A DNA stretch of 62,073 bases, the filler included, from Sphacelaria rigidula (lineage: Eukaryota): NCBI GenBank assembly GCA_964200075.2. It is 8 parts of 8 records of this genome, joined end to end, with 100 filler letters (N's around TTAATTAATTAA, not from the genome) between each part and the next. Parts side by side here need not be neighbours in the genome. Positions count along the whole stretch, not along the records: positions 7,774 to 15,445 come from CAXNAA020013840.1; positions 15,546 to 23,217 come from CAXNAA020013841.1; positions 23,318 to 30,989 come from CAXNAA020013842.1; 5 more parts are not named here. The stretch is one strand, 5' to 3'. A program made the position numbers and the translations under genes. Within the stretch, counting starts at the first letter, position 1. Every line of letters begins with the position of its first letter. Below the pieces are notes generated by a model that was given only the letters and a program-made list of their open reading frames with translations, searched no databases and was not told the DNA's origin. Positions 10,902 through 23,723 of this stretch are shown here, piece after piece.

Positions 10902-13900
10902 AAACCATGTAAACCCTTGTTTTTGGCCTTCAAGTTGATCAAAAGATTCGCGAGTTGCTCACGTAAGGGTTGAAGTGTACAGTGTACCCAGGCATAAAAC
11001 ATGGGGCTGGAGATGAGACTTCGGGCAACATATTGGAGTTGATCCTCGGCCAACCTGTGGACCGTTCTGGGGTATAGAAACCTCTCGAGCCCTACTATTA
11101 TACCGGTGAATGAGGCCCGGTTTTGGGTACTAGAATTATAATTCAGGAAAGTAGCCCTGGACTACTTACTGTCTACAGAAGGAATGAAACCTACATGAGC
11201 CAATCAGTGTCAATCACAAGTACACCCGTCGCCTCGAAATATCGACCACGCTCACACAAGATGTAATATTTTATGCACTGTACATTATGCAACAAACCTG
11301 TGACTGACGTTGCTGTACATCTGCACATAAGGTCACAACACCAGGAGGATAGAAGCTGCCGCTTGTGTTGTTGGTGTGCCCCTCTTGTTGCAGTATGTTG
11401 GTGTGCCAATCAATCGACGCGGGTTTCTCGGCAACCAAGCAGAGGATTGGAGTGCGGTTTGTTGTGTGCGCTTCCCACACACCCAAACTAGGGAACGAAT
11501 ATACCAACTTTATTTCACGCGCCCCACAAACGCTGTACGCAATAACGATGAAACAAAATGTACCGAATTTGACAAAAATAAAATGCAGTCGTTTTTTTTT
11601 TCTTCTGTTTTTCGGGCTTTTGGGGTCCGCTGTGGCGATATCAGGAGAGTTGGTACATCGTTTCCTAGGTCCCATGTGCCATGAAGGAGGATGAGGGTGG
11701 TGAAACGATGTCATTGGCACATGAATTGTGCCCAGATTCATGAGATGGATCCACCCGTACGGGTCACCATTAGTCTGGAACCCGAAGATTTGTTCCATGT
11801 AGCGGCGCTTGACCCCTGCTGCCCGTGGGTACACTTTGCTTGACGCTGTGACTATCTCTAGTCGGGACCCCCCTGTGCCCAAAGGTACATGGTCTGGATA
11901 TCGTTGGGGATAGGGTCGGGATCAGACTTGGGGTTAGGGGAGTAGATCGGATCGGGTAGGGTGGAGTGAGGCTGGTGGGGTAATAGCTAACAGTTGCACA
12001 AGGGATCGTTTTGTGGGCGACTAATGGTGCTACGGGTCCCAGACCTTTTAGGGGGACGCATGAGTCGACTCAGATTTAGTATTTCTTTTACCGATCCTCA
12101 TGTTTTTGTGCCCGATCATGTGTGAAGAAGGCTGTTGTGTTGTCTAGGGGCACGAGATCCGATGGCTAGATAAAGAGGCAGGCCCTTCGAGGCTGATTCA
12201 TCCCGCGTCACTGTCGGAATGGCATTTTCGGTGCCACGAGAGATGCAACCGATACCTGCATGCAAAACGCGGCTAAACGGTGCTTGCGCGCTGCTCTGCT
12301 GAAAACTCTGAACTGTATCGTATTGTACTCTCAAGTCTAATGAGATTTACCCAACAGCTCTCTCTCCCCCTCTCCTTCAACGACTTATCATACATTTGTA
12401 TCCGAGCACGTGTAATCCGATTCATAATTCGGCACTGGGCCAACAGATAGGGACAAGAATTATGAGTGGAAAGGTTTTTCGACCAATCGTAGTGTTGAAA
12501 TATACCAAAATGCGCCGACCCTTCTTCAGTCAGATGAGAAAAACAAGTGGCATATGAGTAAAAAAATAGCTTTGATTGGCCCACACATTGCGCCGCTGCG
12601 ACACAGACAGCTGCTACCGTCAATAAACGAGGATACAGCAGCTCCGTGCTGGCTCAGTTTGTTCGTCCCAACCTGAACGCACCCGCCTGGCGTGTCTTCC
12701 CCGATCACAGCACCCGACTATAACTAAAGTACCAGAGAAGACTCAACAGACAGCTGCATAGCCGTCATGCGACAATTGTGTCAACCTTTCTTTGTTTCGG
12801 CAGCACCTTGATGCCACCCCAATTCTGTGCAGCCTGAAACACAGCATGCAGCAGTACAAGTGCTCAGGCACTCTCCAGTGCACATCGCACCGTGATTGTC
12901 GTTGAGTGTTTAGATGCCCAACAGCACAGCGAGAACTACAGCATATAAATGATGGGTTTGGGGAGCGCCCTATTCGTTTGACTCGAGACGAAACAGCCAA
13001 CACACCATGAACGTTTCAACGGTGTGTAGAGAGCACTGCGTGGCGACATTATTTGTTGTAGAGACGAACGGAATGACAGTGTAAAGCAACTCAGGCACTC
13101 CCAGCGGAGATCAAACCGTCTCCACAAAGGCCTTAAGACACCACAGCGCAGCGACAGCTAAAGCACACGAGGCAGGGCATGAGTGTGTTTGTGCTGCAGC
13201 ACAGTGGTACAGGACATGTCCCATTCGATTATTATTTCCCTGATTTGGGGTGGGTCCTCGATTTTTGCCCAGTGGCGATTTTCAAACGCTCGGCCATAAT
13301 CGCGCTTTGCGCGAAGATATTTTAATGCACTTCGAGTCACCCCTATCTGTGGTAGGTGAGCCCATAATACGATGCAATCGATTCGATAGCTGGCTGTTTC
13401 ATGTTGAGACGATTCGTCCCGTTCCGCATATCTCAGATCCCGTTACGCCCTGATCCTCCACTTCACGCTAGAGCTTGTATTTTGTATTTTCTATGAGTTT
13501 GAATGTCGACGGTCGGGCAGGTGCATTGCATAATCTCCGGGAAAAAAGCAGGCTTATATATTTTTTAATTTTTTAATTTTTTTTTTTCGTGTTTTCAGGG
13601 CAGTTTTGAGGAGAAATGAACACGGCCCTTCGACCTTACCTCATTTTTTTAGCTCGATTTTTAGTATTGTGATTTTAAACTCAGCATAGAAAACCACGAA
13701 GGTCTTCCGATTTTTTTTTCAGAGTGGTAGGAGCATTCTCGTGAAAAAATGGTCTTCACCATACTAGAACGCCCTAAATCAGTGGGAGAAAAAAAATCAC
13801 TCTGACCCACTTTGTTTCGTTCATTATGCCCTAGCGACGGCCCACACTAAGTTTTAATACCCAAACACCAAACGTGGGCCAGTAAGTGGCCTGCAAAATA

Positions 13901-13934
13901 CTGTTCCGAATGTCCACCGACCCCGTCACTAAAC

Positions 13935-14210
13935 GGCCCATTAGCCTGCCAATATTTATTAGTTGGACCCTAAAATGTGGTATGGACAATGCATAGGATA
14001 TAATGAAATAAATTACCAGTGCACACAAGGATTTCTTTGTTTTTTTCATGAGTTAAGGGCAATAACCAGTTTTCAGGTATCAGTGAAATGCCCTCAACTC
14101 ATGAAGAAAAAACAACTTGTGTGCAATGGTATTTGTTTTCATCATGCACTATTCATTTGTCTATACCAAATTTTAGGGTCCGACTCTAAATATTGGCTGG
14201 CTAATGGGCC
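13935..14210. repeat. Inverted-repeat element in intron
   Basis: GGCCCATTAGCC.GCCAATATTTA..AGT.GGACCCTAAAAT.TGGTAT.GACAA pairs with 14155-14210. Confidence 0.7.
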
Positions 14211-14343
14211 TGCAAACGATAAATTCGCTTCTCGGCTGGCCCAGCTCGTGAAGAAAAAGGGACGGAACGAAGGCGGCGGCGGATTGAAAGTATGTTGTGA
14301 AGAGAAGACGTGAAATGTGCGCACTGTTTCCGTTGTTATTCAG

Positions 14344-14532
14344 GCGGTGATCGATCACCTACGGCGATCGGGGACGGTGGGTGCGATTGCGCTTTGGGGA
14401 CGGTCGATGGGTGCCGCTACGGCATTGCTACATGCCGATAGGGATATGTCCATCGCTGCACTTGTGCTGGACAGCGCGTTTGCCGACCTGACACAGCTGG
14501 CGGAGGAGATGGTTGAGAGAGGTCGTCAGGCG
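14344..14532 (+). CDS. Alpha/beta-hydrolase, next exon (catalytic Ser)
   Basis: cag|AVIDHLRRSGTVGAIALWGRSMGAATALLHADRDMSIAALVLDSAFADL..|gtgagt. GxSxG motif; phase-0 join to the exon ending at 10178 across a 4165-bp intron. Confidence 0.92.
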
Positions 14533-15445
14533 GTGAGTTGCTATCGGGGAGGGCGGGGGAGCTTTTGGCATTGTTGCACATAGAGAGAAACGTGAGGTTC
14601 TCGCTCAGGTTACACCGTGACTTGACGTGACTTGACTAATCACCGATCACCGATCATGAACTCCCTCCCCCAGAGATCATGATGTGCTATTTGAATCTGC
14701 CTCGTGTCACCACCTCTCTCTCACCTTCCGACCGACCTACCCCCCTCATCCTGTAGAAGGAAGGGGTGGAGAGGGTTGCGTTTGCAACGGTTTCACGAGT
14801 TTTGTTGTCTTTTGTTTTGTTGCGATTTCGGTCGTAACATTTGGTTCATTCGTCTCAAATATACATACTGGGATGTTTCGATACATGTATCTCGTCTGGG
14901 TGGAGTCGACACACGATGTAAACTACCGCACCATACAGCACTCATTTGGTTTTTCTTGCTGTGCGGGTGTATTACGCTGTGTTGTGGTATACCAGGCTAT
15001 GCTGTGTCTCGTTTGTTTGTTGTATGTTCGTTGTGTTTCCACGTTGTTTGTTGTCTAAGTGTGCTGCCATCTGTTCTCTGCCAGAGGTGCTCGTGTGTGT
15101 GTGTGTGCGTGTGTGTGTGTTTAAAATATCCACCAATCGGAAACGAGATTGTGCTGGACGGCGTCTGTGCGTACACGGCTACAGACGCTGGATGGGTTTG
15201 CCTTTTTTTTCTACTACAGTACACGGTACCAGCGTCCCGAGGATGTGGCCGTGTGCATGTGTTGTGTGTATTCATCTGTATCTATGTTTATTTCCTTTAT
15301 TTCTTTCTTGGTTCATACTCGACGTGGTCAATATCTTAGTCACCTCCCCCCCCCCCCCCCCCCCCCCCCCCCACCCGCCGTCCGCCGCCGCCCCCCCACC
15401 GAACAAAGGCCACGCAGCGACAGAGTAGAGTTGTAGAAGTGTGCA

Positions 15446-15545
15446 NNNNNNNNNNNNNNNNNNNNNNNNNNNNNNNNNNNNNNNNNNNNTTAATTAATTA
15501 ANNNNNNNNNNNNNNNNNNNNNNNNNNNNNNNNNNNNNNNNNNNN
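15446..15545. other. Artificial contig linker
   Basis: N44 + TTAATTAATTAA + N44. Confidence 0.98.
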
Positions 15546-16039
15546 CACCCAATCTCCACATGCTTCAAATCGTAGTAACCGACATCGGCTCGGGAATCTA
15601 GCGAAAAAAACATGTTTGAAAACGGTTAGTACGGGGTCGAAATATACCCGAAACCGTGATGTTTCGGTGATGTCGGGTGTTGGCGTCGTCTAATTTCCAT
15701 TGATGATACGCACGAAAGAACTGGGGAGCCTCGTGACGGTGTCCCCTACATCTGTTGTAGAAAAGCTCAGATCGTCCTCAAACGTGGCAGTTCTGCAGCT
15801 ACTGATGTTTCAAATGGAAAAATTGTGTTCTTGGCAGTATTTCATGGTTTCTCCGTTCTCTACCGGCTTCCGAGGGTCCCAGTATGAAGACCCCTGGAAG
15901 GCGGTACAGAATGCCCGAAGAAAAAAATAATAAACTCATTTGTCCCGGGATAGTCCAAGGAACACATGTACAAATTTGGTGCAGAAACTCGAAAACCTCA
16001 TACAGCTTTTCTGGTCTTGACGTTAAGTTCACCGATAAT

Positions 16040-17079
16040 GACGTTTCCTTACTAAAACCAAGTAGTTAGAGGTTTCACGTTTCAAGCCCACGTCCTCCAC
16101 AAACGCGCAAACCTTCACGCCGTTATTGGGAGTTAGATCTTGAAACTTTGCATACGTATTCTATGTATCATTACGCAACTTTCTCTAGATCATGTTTTTT
16201 TCTCCTCGAGTTTTTCACCGTTTTTTGGGGGTCCGACGGGGGTCCAAGTCGTTTCTCGAAGTAGTCTCCTTCTGGGACCCGGGAAAACCAGCACGATGAT
16301 ATATATTTTTCATTTTTTCGTGAGCGAGCTGTCCCTGCATAACCCGAGGAAGGGTCCCACAAACGTTTGTCGCAAAACTCGATCCACTGATGCTTGGATT
16401 TTCATGTTCACGTTAAAAAAAGGCCCAAAAAACGCCGTTGCCACACTAAAATCGAGTAGTTTGCGGTTTCACCGCGGCACGTCAAAGTTCATCGCACAAA
16501 AGCAAAAAACCTCACGCCGTTTGAAGGAGTTAGATCCTGAGATTTTGCACAGTTGTTCTATGGGTCACTACGCAACTTTGGATGAACGAGTTTTTTTTTG
16601 AGTTTTTCTTCTCTACCGTTCTACGGGGGGGTCCGATTGGGTCGATGTTTCCCGTAAAAAACTGGGACCCCCGAAAAACGGTGAAAAAGTAAAAAAATTG
16701 ATAAACGTCGACCTTTGAAAGTTGCGTAATGCCCCATAGAACTTATGTGCAAAATTTCAGGGTCTAACTCCTTCAAACGGTGTGAGGTTTTGCCGATGAG
16801 TGTTTTTTGGGCGATAAGCCTGAACCAGCCTGTACGATAGGTGTTGTACTTTTTGTTTCTCGTTCTCTTTTTTTTGTAACAGCCCAAATATATGGGGCTT
16901 AATGTGCAACCCAACTCTCCGGGGACCGGACATGGAGATGCACGCAGGGACCTTTTCGTGAATCGGCATCATCTTCAGTCTTTTTCAAGTTAAAATGATT
17001 CCAATTCTCAAAATGACCCGTCCAACATCCCGAGAAACATTTTCGCTGAAAAAGTGCAACCCCTATCGTAGCATCACTC
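16040..17079. mobile_element. Repeat-rich transposon terminal region ending in the Sola-like TIR
   Basis: Direct (16127-16190, 16520-16580) and inverted (16717-16790) GGAGTTAGA.C.TGA.A.TTTGCA modules. Ends AAAAGTGCAACCCCTATCGTAGCATCACTC, like the end at 10877. Confidence 0.55.
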
Positions 17080-18228
17080 TGTGGAACGTACGGGGGTGAA
17101 GGTGCGGTAGAGGGCGGGAAAGTTCGATGGGGTGTTTGTAGAATACGACGAGGAAGTCGGAAGCCTTTCAAAAGGCTTCGAACCTTCTAAAATAGCATCA
17201 ATCTAAAATAGCATCAAGTTCCAGTGATGACAAGGGTGACTAAATGGTTCTTTTCGGCGTGCTTTGCCTCCCCCCCCCCCCCGAGAGAGGTGCGAAATAT
17301 GGTCATTTTCCGGCCGAGTGTTTCTTTTTCAACCGGTCGGCGGCGTGGGAGTAGGCGGCATCTGTTGCATGTAAAGTGGTTTTGAGTAAAGAAAAGAGCG
17401 CGGTAAAATTCACTTGAAAAAACAAGAAAAAAATCGGAGACGGTTAGGGGTCCGTACACACTCAACGGCCCTAATTTATGGGACAGAGGAAGTAAAAACT
17501 CGAAAGTGCTAGAGTTGGTACGATAGACGTTGGGGAAAGAAGCAGATCGTGCTAAAAACACAGTTCCCACGTTGGTGTTGTGGGGGCGATACGGAGTACG
17601 GAGCAAAGAGCCCCCTTTGTCAGCGGGTGTTATTGAGCGTGACTGATTGAAGAAATCGCAATGATTCGGCTCTAGCGCAACGAATAGGTCGAGATTCAAA
17701 AATATGTTCTCCAAGAGTTGTTCACCATGCCTCCCCCTCGGCAGATTTGAAGTCTACGTCTCCGTGTAAATAAATTGTGTTTTTGTCCATTTGGTCTGTT
17801 TGTTTTGGCTTGCTTCAAAGTGTTCTCTCCACCAAATGTTGTGATTTCGCCACCTATTTTTTTCTTTTCTGCATCATTCAATATCGAGTACCCCTTCGTG
17901 TCAGCCAAGCAAAGCCCAAATGGAACTAACTACCTCTACCAGGTACAGTAACTCCCAGTAATGAAAGGTACTTGACCTCCCTCCCTCCCCTCCCCGTAAC
18001 CACCCTCTCTCGTGTTTGTCGCTGCTGGATGGGAATAATACTTAGTGCCGCCCAGCTACGCAGAGTTTCGCTTGTACGCACTCTCACAGGAAGGCCGTGG
18101 GTTTCTTTTCTTCAGCGATCCCCGAGTTTTTTTCTTTCTTTCTACACTTTTTGGCGGTGTAACTAACTCTTGACTGCACTGCCCGTTGCGCACCGGTGAT
18201 TATTCGGTGTGGCTCCGGCGGAGCATAG

Positions 18229-18371
18229 GTGGGGAGGACCGTCACGGAGCGGCAGTTGGCGGAAGAACTCGGGCATAAGCCGAGCCTAGCCACACCGCAA
18301 AGAACGCCTTCTAGGCTCGTGACGGGGGAAAGGGGACAGGGATCGGTCCATGAGCCGTCTTCGGTGTCTAG
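18229..18371 (+). CDS. FG-nucleoporin-like gene, probable upstream exon
   Basis: tag|VGRTVTERQLAEELG..HEPSSVS-ag|gt; open frame, phase 2 matches the acceptor at 18810. Confidence 0.5.
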
Positions 18372-18809
18372 GTGACGATAGCACATTTTGCTGTTGTTGT
18401 TGTTGTTGTTGTTGTTGCAGCCAGTGGTGTTTTTTGTTCATTTGCCGTGTGGATCTTGTGCTGTCGTGGTGTATGTGTATTGTTCGGGTACCTGACCTAT
18501 TTTGTTCTGAGAAGACCCCACGATTGCAAGATATGAGCAATGTGTGTGAACGTGTTTGCAGGACATGCCGTAGCTGAGCACAGAGCAACAAGCACCGCCG
18601 AAAAAAAAAAGATCTGATGAAAAACATACAAGTGTAAAAATTGGTGTGTCAGCGCCCGTCAGCACACACCGTTTAGCAAAGCGATTGCAGGCACCTGTCG
18701 GTAACTCAGCGTTAATATGCCGCAGCCGCTCCATCCATCCTGCCCCCCGCGCCCTAAACCAATATCATGCTTCCCCTGGCCTCTACCCTCGGGTACGCGC
18801 ACGCGGCAG

Positions 18810-20174
18810 GTCTTGGGCATCACCGCAGCACAGCACCCCCACCCGGGTGAGGCAAACACCGCCGTCGAGTGTACAGGTTGGACGCGGGGTCGCGAGTACA
18901 GGAAGCGGCAGCGGCAGCAACAGCGGCAACAGTTCCACCGGGGGCGGATTCCTTTCACGACAATCATCAGTCGTGCCCGACGCGGGCACGGTCCGCAGGG
19001 AGTCATCAGGGGCAGCCGCAACCGGCAGCGGTGGCGGCGGCGGAGGGATTTTCGGCAGAAATTCCAGTGCCGGCGGCGCCAAGCCCATAACTAGCACGAG
19101 CGACGATAGGCGGGGTAAGATGGCAAAGGCGTCGGGGAATGGCTCCATCAACTCCTCTGCCAGCGGCGTAACCGGCGGAGCCGGTGGCGCTGTCGTGGCT
19201 CTTTCTACCCAGGCCGAATCTAATAGGTCGTCGTCGTCCCCGGTACCGGCTGCGACGTTTGGAGTGGCGGCTACCGGGGGGGGGGCGAAGGGGCAGACCA
19301 GAACAAGTGCCGCTGGTGGAGGTGCCAAAAGTTCGTCGGGCTACCCGCCCATGTCCATTGCGGCGCCCAGAGAGTTCACTGCGGGAGGAGGTGATAAGAA
19401 AGCCGCGGCGCCGGCACCCAACCCCGCTCCAGCTGCTGCTCGCACGACAAAGGCGAAGCCGTCCGCATCGTCCGCTGCTTTCCCTCCAATGGCAAAAACA
19501 GCGCCCAAGGAATTCACTGCAAAGACCGCGACAAGGTCTGGTAGCGCGACGACCGCTGCTAGCTCGGGCACTACTGCCGCCCCCGCTACGGCCGAAACTA
19601 AGAGTTCGGCGCCGGCGACTTCTACTGCTGTGCCGGCGACCACGGCGGCGGCCTCGGCGCCACTGCCATCTCCGTTCGGCGCCGCCGCAAGCGGCTTTCC
19701 GTCGGCTAAGCCTTCTCCATTCGGGTTCGGCTCAGGGTCGCCGTCCTCCGCAAAAGGTGCGTTTGCTACGGGCGCTTCGATTTTCGGCGCGTCGGCGACT
19801 GCGCCCGCAACGGCAGCGGCGCCAGCGGCGGCGTTTGGCACGGGAAGCATGAGCGCGCTATCGGCCGCCGCTACGGTGGCTGCTCCGATTCCGCCGCCGC
19901 CCGCTAAAGCCACGGCGCCAACTCCGGCGCCGCCCCCAGCGCCGGCGCCAACGCAGGCGGCTAGCGCAGGCGCGTTTGGGATGGGCGGTGTCGGAGCGGC
20001 ACTGGGTGCGGCGGCAGCGTCACCCGCCCAGGCCCCAGCGGCACCCGGCCCGGTGGCGCCAGGCCCAGCGGCACCCGGGGGGACGGTGGACTACCAGACC
20101 CAGGTTATGGAGATCTACAAGAAATACAATCCTAGCAAACTCGGAGATGTGGATAAGCTCATCCACAAGTACAA
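18810..20174 (+). CDS. FG-repeat nucleoporin-like protein (Nup214/Nup159-like), large exon
   Basis: Long A/S/T/G/P-rich ORF with PSPFG, AFG and IFG repeats, ending YKKYNPSKLGDVDKLIHKY-aa|gtgag. The 5' acceptor is uncertain (18810 or 18877). Confidence 0.75.
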
Positions 20175-20637
20175 GTGAGAGATTCAGTCAGTCACCAGGC
20201 ATCGGAGGAGGGGCAGGGGGAAGGGAAGAGGGAGGGAGGGAGCGTGAGAGGCAATGATTAGTTATCCTTTTTGAAGAATAGCGTTGCTTGGCCGTGTACC
20301 GTTGTGTCGGCTGCGAAGTTTGCCTGAAAGATGTTGAAGATGAATCATCTCGCGGTAGTCGGCCCTGAATTTATGGACCCTCGGCCATCATGTAGTCACG
20401 AAGATCGACGATCCCGTTCGATATCATCGATTTTTCACCGAGCAAGTTCCTCTGGATGAGACGATTGTATTTATTTCTGCGACAAAGATGTGCATCACGT
20501 CACCTCAACTAAACTCTTTCCCAATTTGGACACCCCGCCCCCTCCTCTCCCGCCATTCACCACGACCACAATTCCGACGAAATCTGACGTGCGTGTGTCT
20601 CTATGCCCTTTCATGTTTTCATATTTTTCTTTGTCAG

Positions 20638-20893
20638 ATCGAATCTACCGGAGCTGGTGGCGAGGCTACGCAGAAAGTACGAGGGTGCCTCAGCTCCGGC
20701 GGCGGCTCCGGCAGCGACCGCCGCCCCACCCGCGTCGCCATTTGCCACACCAACCAAGCCCGCAGGTGGCGGGCTGTTCGGCGCTACCTCATCCGCCACG
20801 GGACCCTCGCCCTTTGGAGCTGGCGCTGGGTTTGGCGCTCCAAAACCGTCGCCGTTTGGCGGGGGTGGCCCTAGTGCGTCAGGGTTCGGGCAG
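20638..20893 (+). CDS. FG-nucleoporin-like gene, exon
   Basis: tttctttgtcag|a-SNLPELVARLRRKYEG..GGLFG..PSPFG..GFGQ|gt; phase matches the previous exon. Confidence 0.85.
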
Positions 20894-21284
20894 GTGGGTG
20901 ACAGGAGAGATCGGCGAGGGGGCAACCGAAGGCTTTTGGCTTGGAGGGGAGGGGGCTGTGGATACAGTGTACATATGTCCGTACCTATTGACAACTTTCA
21001 CGTAGCTGTAGTAGCCTGGTTCTTATTTCTGTGTGCTACTTACCGTGCCGAATCTATATTCGTAAATCATTTTGTCTGCAGTTTCGATTCAAGTTCGACT
21101 ATCTGTACGGAATGCATGTGTGTGAGTAATGAGTTTCTTCTCGCGTGAGCTCTACAGTACCGTAACGCCATGAACAGCTTCCGGCTCGTTTCACTCTACC
21201 TTTCTATTTTCCTGTCGATGGAGGGTGCTTTTTGGTGGCTGGTGCAGTTAGCCGTGCCTCATTCATTCGCATGATATGTATTTG

Positions 21285-21318
<34 letters not shown>

Positions 21319-21990
21319 ACAATGTATAATTTTTTATTGCATTGGCCGCGTCAATCAGCAGAAATATGTAATCCCAGATTTCCAAATAGGGTCTATTAAT
21401 GCCTGAAACAGTTTCAATTCGAAATTCCCCTCCAGACCTCATACAAGGCCTTACACGCTTTTCTGTGGTAGCTCGCCACTGAAGCCTCCGAGATAGATCC
21501 GTGAGTAGGACATCTAAATGTAGCTGTAAGCACACGGTAATGTTCCAGCCGAAAAAAACGATCAAGTTAAAGCGAACCATATAACCCACTCACAATCAAA
21601 GCTGGATTCTTGATGTGGCGAAATCCCTGTTTTGTCAGGTATCCTGCCAGTATTTTTTCTCTTCAACCCCACCCATCATGTGACCCACTACTTGGTCATT
21701 CTCCACAGTCACCTGGGTATCGAAGTCTCGGATCTCCCATGATATACATTGTCTTATTATCCCATTCAGGGGTGATACTGAAGAGGATATTTCTTTACTG
21801 TTTCATGTCGTAAGGACACAGAACGTTACAGAAGTTTTTTTCCGCTATACTTTAACCCCGCCCGATCCTCGGGACGAGGCCACACTCTCAAGGGATCAGC
21901 TCATCTCTCCACCGGTATTCAGCAAGTATATGTTCACTCCGTGCAGTATGTGAAAAACCTTGGATTTGTGTGAGACGCGCGGAGTCCCCC
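21285..21990 (-). mobile_element. Possible decayed non-LTR retroelement 3' end with (CAA)n tail
   Basis: The minus strand ends AATAAAAAATTATACATTGT(AAC)n. The intronic block has a distinct composition but no clear protein motif. Confidence 0.25.
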
Positions 21991-22758
21991 TTCGGTTTTT
22001 GTCCGTTGTTCTATTTTCGCTTGTTTGTCACCTTTTTATGATGATGTGGATTGCCTCTCCAATTTTGCGGCACTACGTGAAACGTACACAGCATGCGTGA
22101 GGGGGGGGAAAAAGGAAATGCAAAAGTGTCCAGGAGCGACCATTTGCACTTTTGGTGCATGAGTGGGACCTCTATTTTTTTTTTCTTGCATGTTTTGCTT
22201 CGAACAAGATCGATCGATGTACTATTGTGTAGTAAATATCTTTTTGTCTGAGATTCTGTCGCCCTCAACCCAGCACACCCTATCGTACGCTTTTCTCGAG
22301 GAAGGCCTCCGCGTCATATTCCACTTCCCTCCAACGTGCCATTCCTCTGTTGCCATTCCATTACACCTGTATGTACCCTGTCTGCGTCGAGTTTGCACTC
22401 GGGACTGTCCAAACGAATGATTTTGAGCTGGTGTGCTTGCGTGAGTATATATATTTGTGTGTGTTTGAGATTTTTTGTTTCGCCATATTCCAGTCGAATC
22501 TACGTAGAGACACTGCTGTACTGCCGGGGCGAATCCGTTCAGGAGCTTCCGGTGACGAAACTTACTGCGGCGCTCGAGGTATATATACGCCCATTTTGTG
22601 CAATTCCCTGATTCTATTGCTGGGCGGAGGGGGGTACAGCACGTGCGTGGATATTCTCTCAGTGTCCGTCATGATTGGACAAGTGATGAATTATCGGAGT
22701 CGCCAGTCTTTCCTGTCCTCGCCCCTGCTGCTGCCGCCTTTGTTTGCTTCTCACTCAG

Positions 22759-22897
22759 ACGTCGTCTCCGTTCAACACTACGGCGACGGGCTTTGGTGCC
22801 ACAGGCACCGCGGCCAATCAGCCGAGTCCCTTCGGAGCTACCGCGGCGGCGCCTGCTCCGTCTGCTTTCGGAGCGCCTGCTGCTGCTGCTGCACCAG
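22759..22897 (+). CDS. FG-nucleoporin-like gene, exon
   Basis: cag|TSSPFNTTATGFGATGTAANQPSPFGATAAAPAPSAFGAPAAAAAP-g|gt; phase 0 start matches. Confidence 0.82.
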
Positions 22898-23217
22898 GTG
22901 TGGGGTGCTGTTGCGGTGTCTTCTTGTGTGTGATTTTGTTTTTTTGACGCTTGCCGTGTGCGGTTTGTTTCGTTTATATATATATATAGCAACGAATTTT
23001 CATAAACACGGCATGCACACGTGTGCACAAAAGAATGTGACGTTCTGAAAATGTATGACGCACACGTTTGTTGGAATATGATGCATACCTTGTTGGGATA
23101 CGACACATTGTTGGGATATGACACTATCGCAGCATCACTCTCAGACAGTATATAGACTCCGTTCCCCGTCCTCCGACGAAGGCCATAACCGATCTTGTCG
23201 GTACGGCGTGGGGAGGG

Positions 23218-23317
23218 NNNNNNNNNNNNNNNNNNNNNNNNNNNNNNNNNNNNNNNNNNNNTTAATTAATTAANNNNNNNNNNNNNNNNNNNNNNNNNNN
23301 NNNNNNNNNNNNNNNNN
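23218..23317. other. Artificial contig linker
   Basis: N44 + TTAATTAATTAA + N44. Confidence 0.98.
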
Positions 23318-23723
23318 GTATGAGTGCCAGGGGATACCATGGTGTCAGCCTCACCAAGCTCCCACGTGGGCAAACTCACACAGACCTAGCTATCCTCCCT
23401 TGACTTATCACAATATAGATTCATTCGTGTTCAGACTCTTGATAAGGAACTCACGTGTTTGCTTAGCATCATGTTTTATCTACAAGCAGCTCTCTTACTC
23501 AGTACAGCCCTAGGGCAGCCATAGAAGCAGAGCGTAGTGATGGCCCAGGGTAGATCACGGCAAGGGCAGCAACTGATCAAGAAGGGGGACCGCTGCGTGG
23601 GGCCGCGGCTAAACAACCCTAACTTATGACAGTAGCAAACGCGGTAACAACGCGTCACGGAATCCAGGGTCTACGAGCAGACCCTCACAGAGTATATCTT
23701 GCAACGCCTCTGAGCTTCATCAC

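Noticed and set aside
18659-20994. Overlapping and antisense ORFs across the nucleoporin exons
   Set aside because: Shadows of GC-rich, low-complexity coding sequence.
23318-23723. Possible LTR ending ...ATCACA upstream of the copia fragment
   Set aside because: Only the junction and terminal CA support it; no second copy or TSD is visible.
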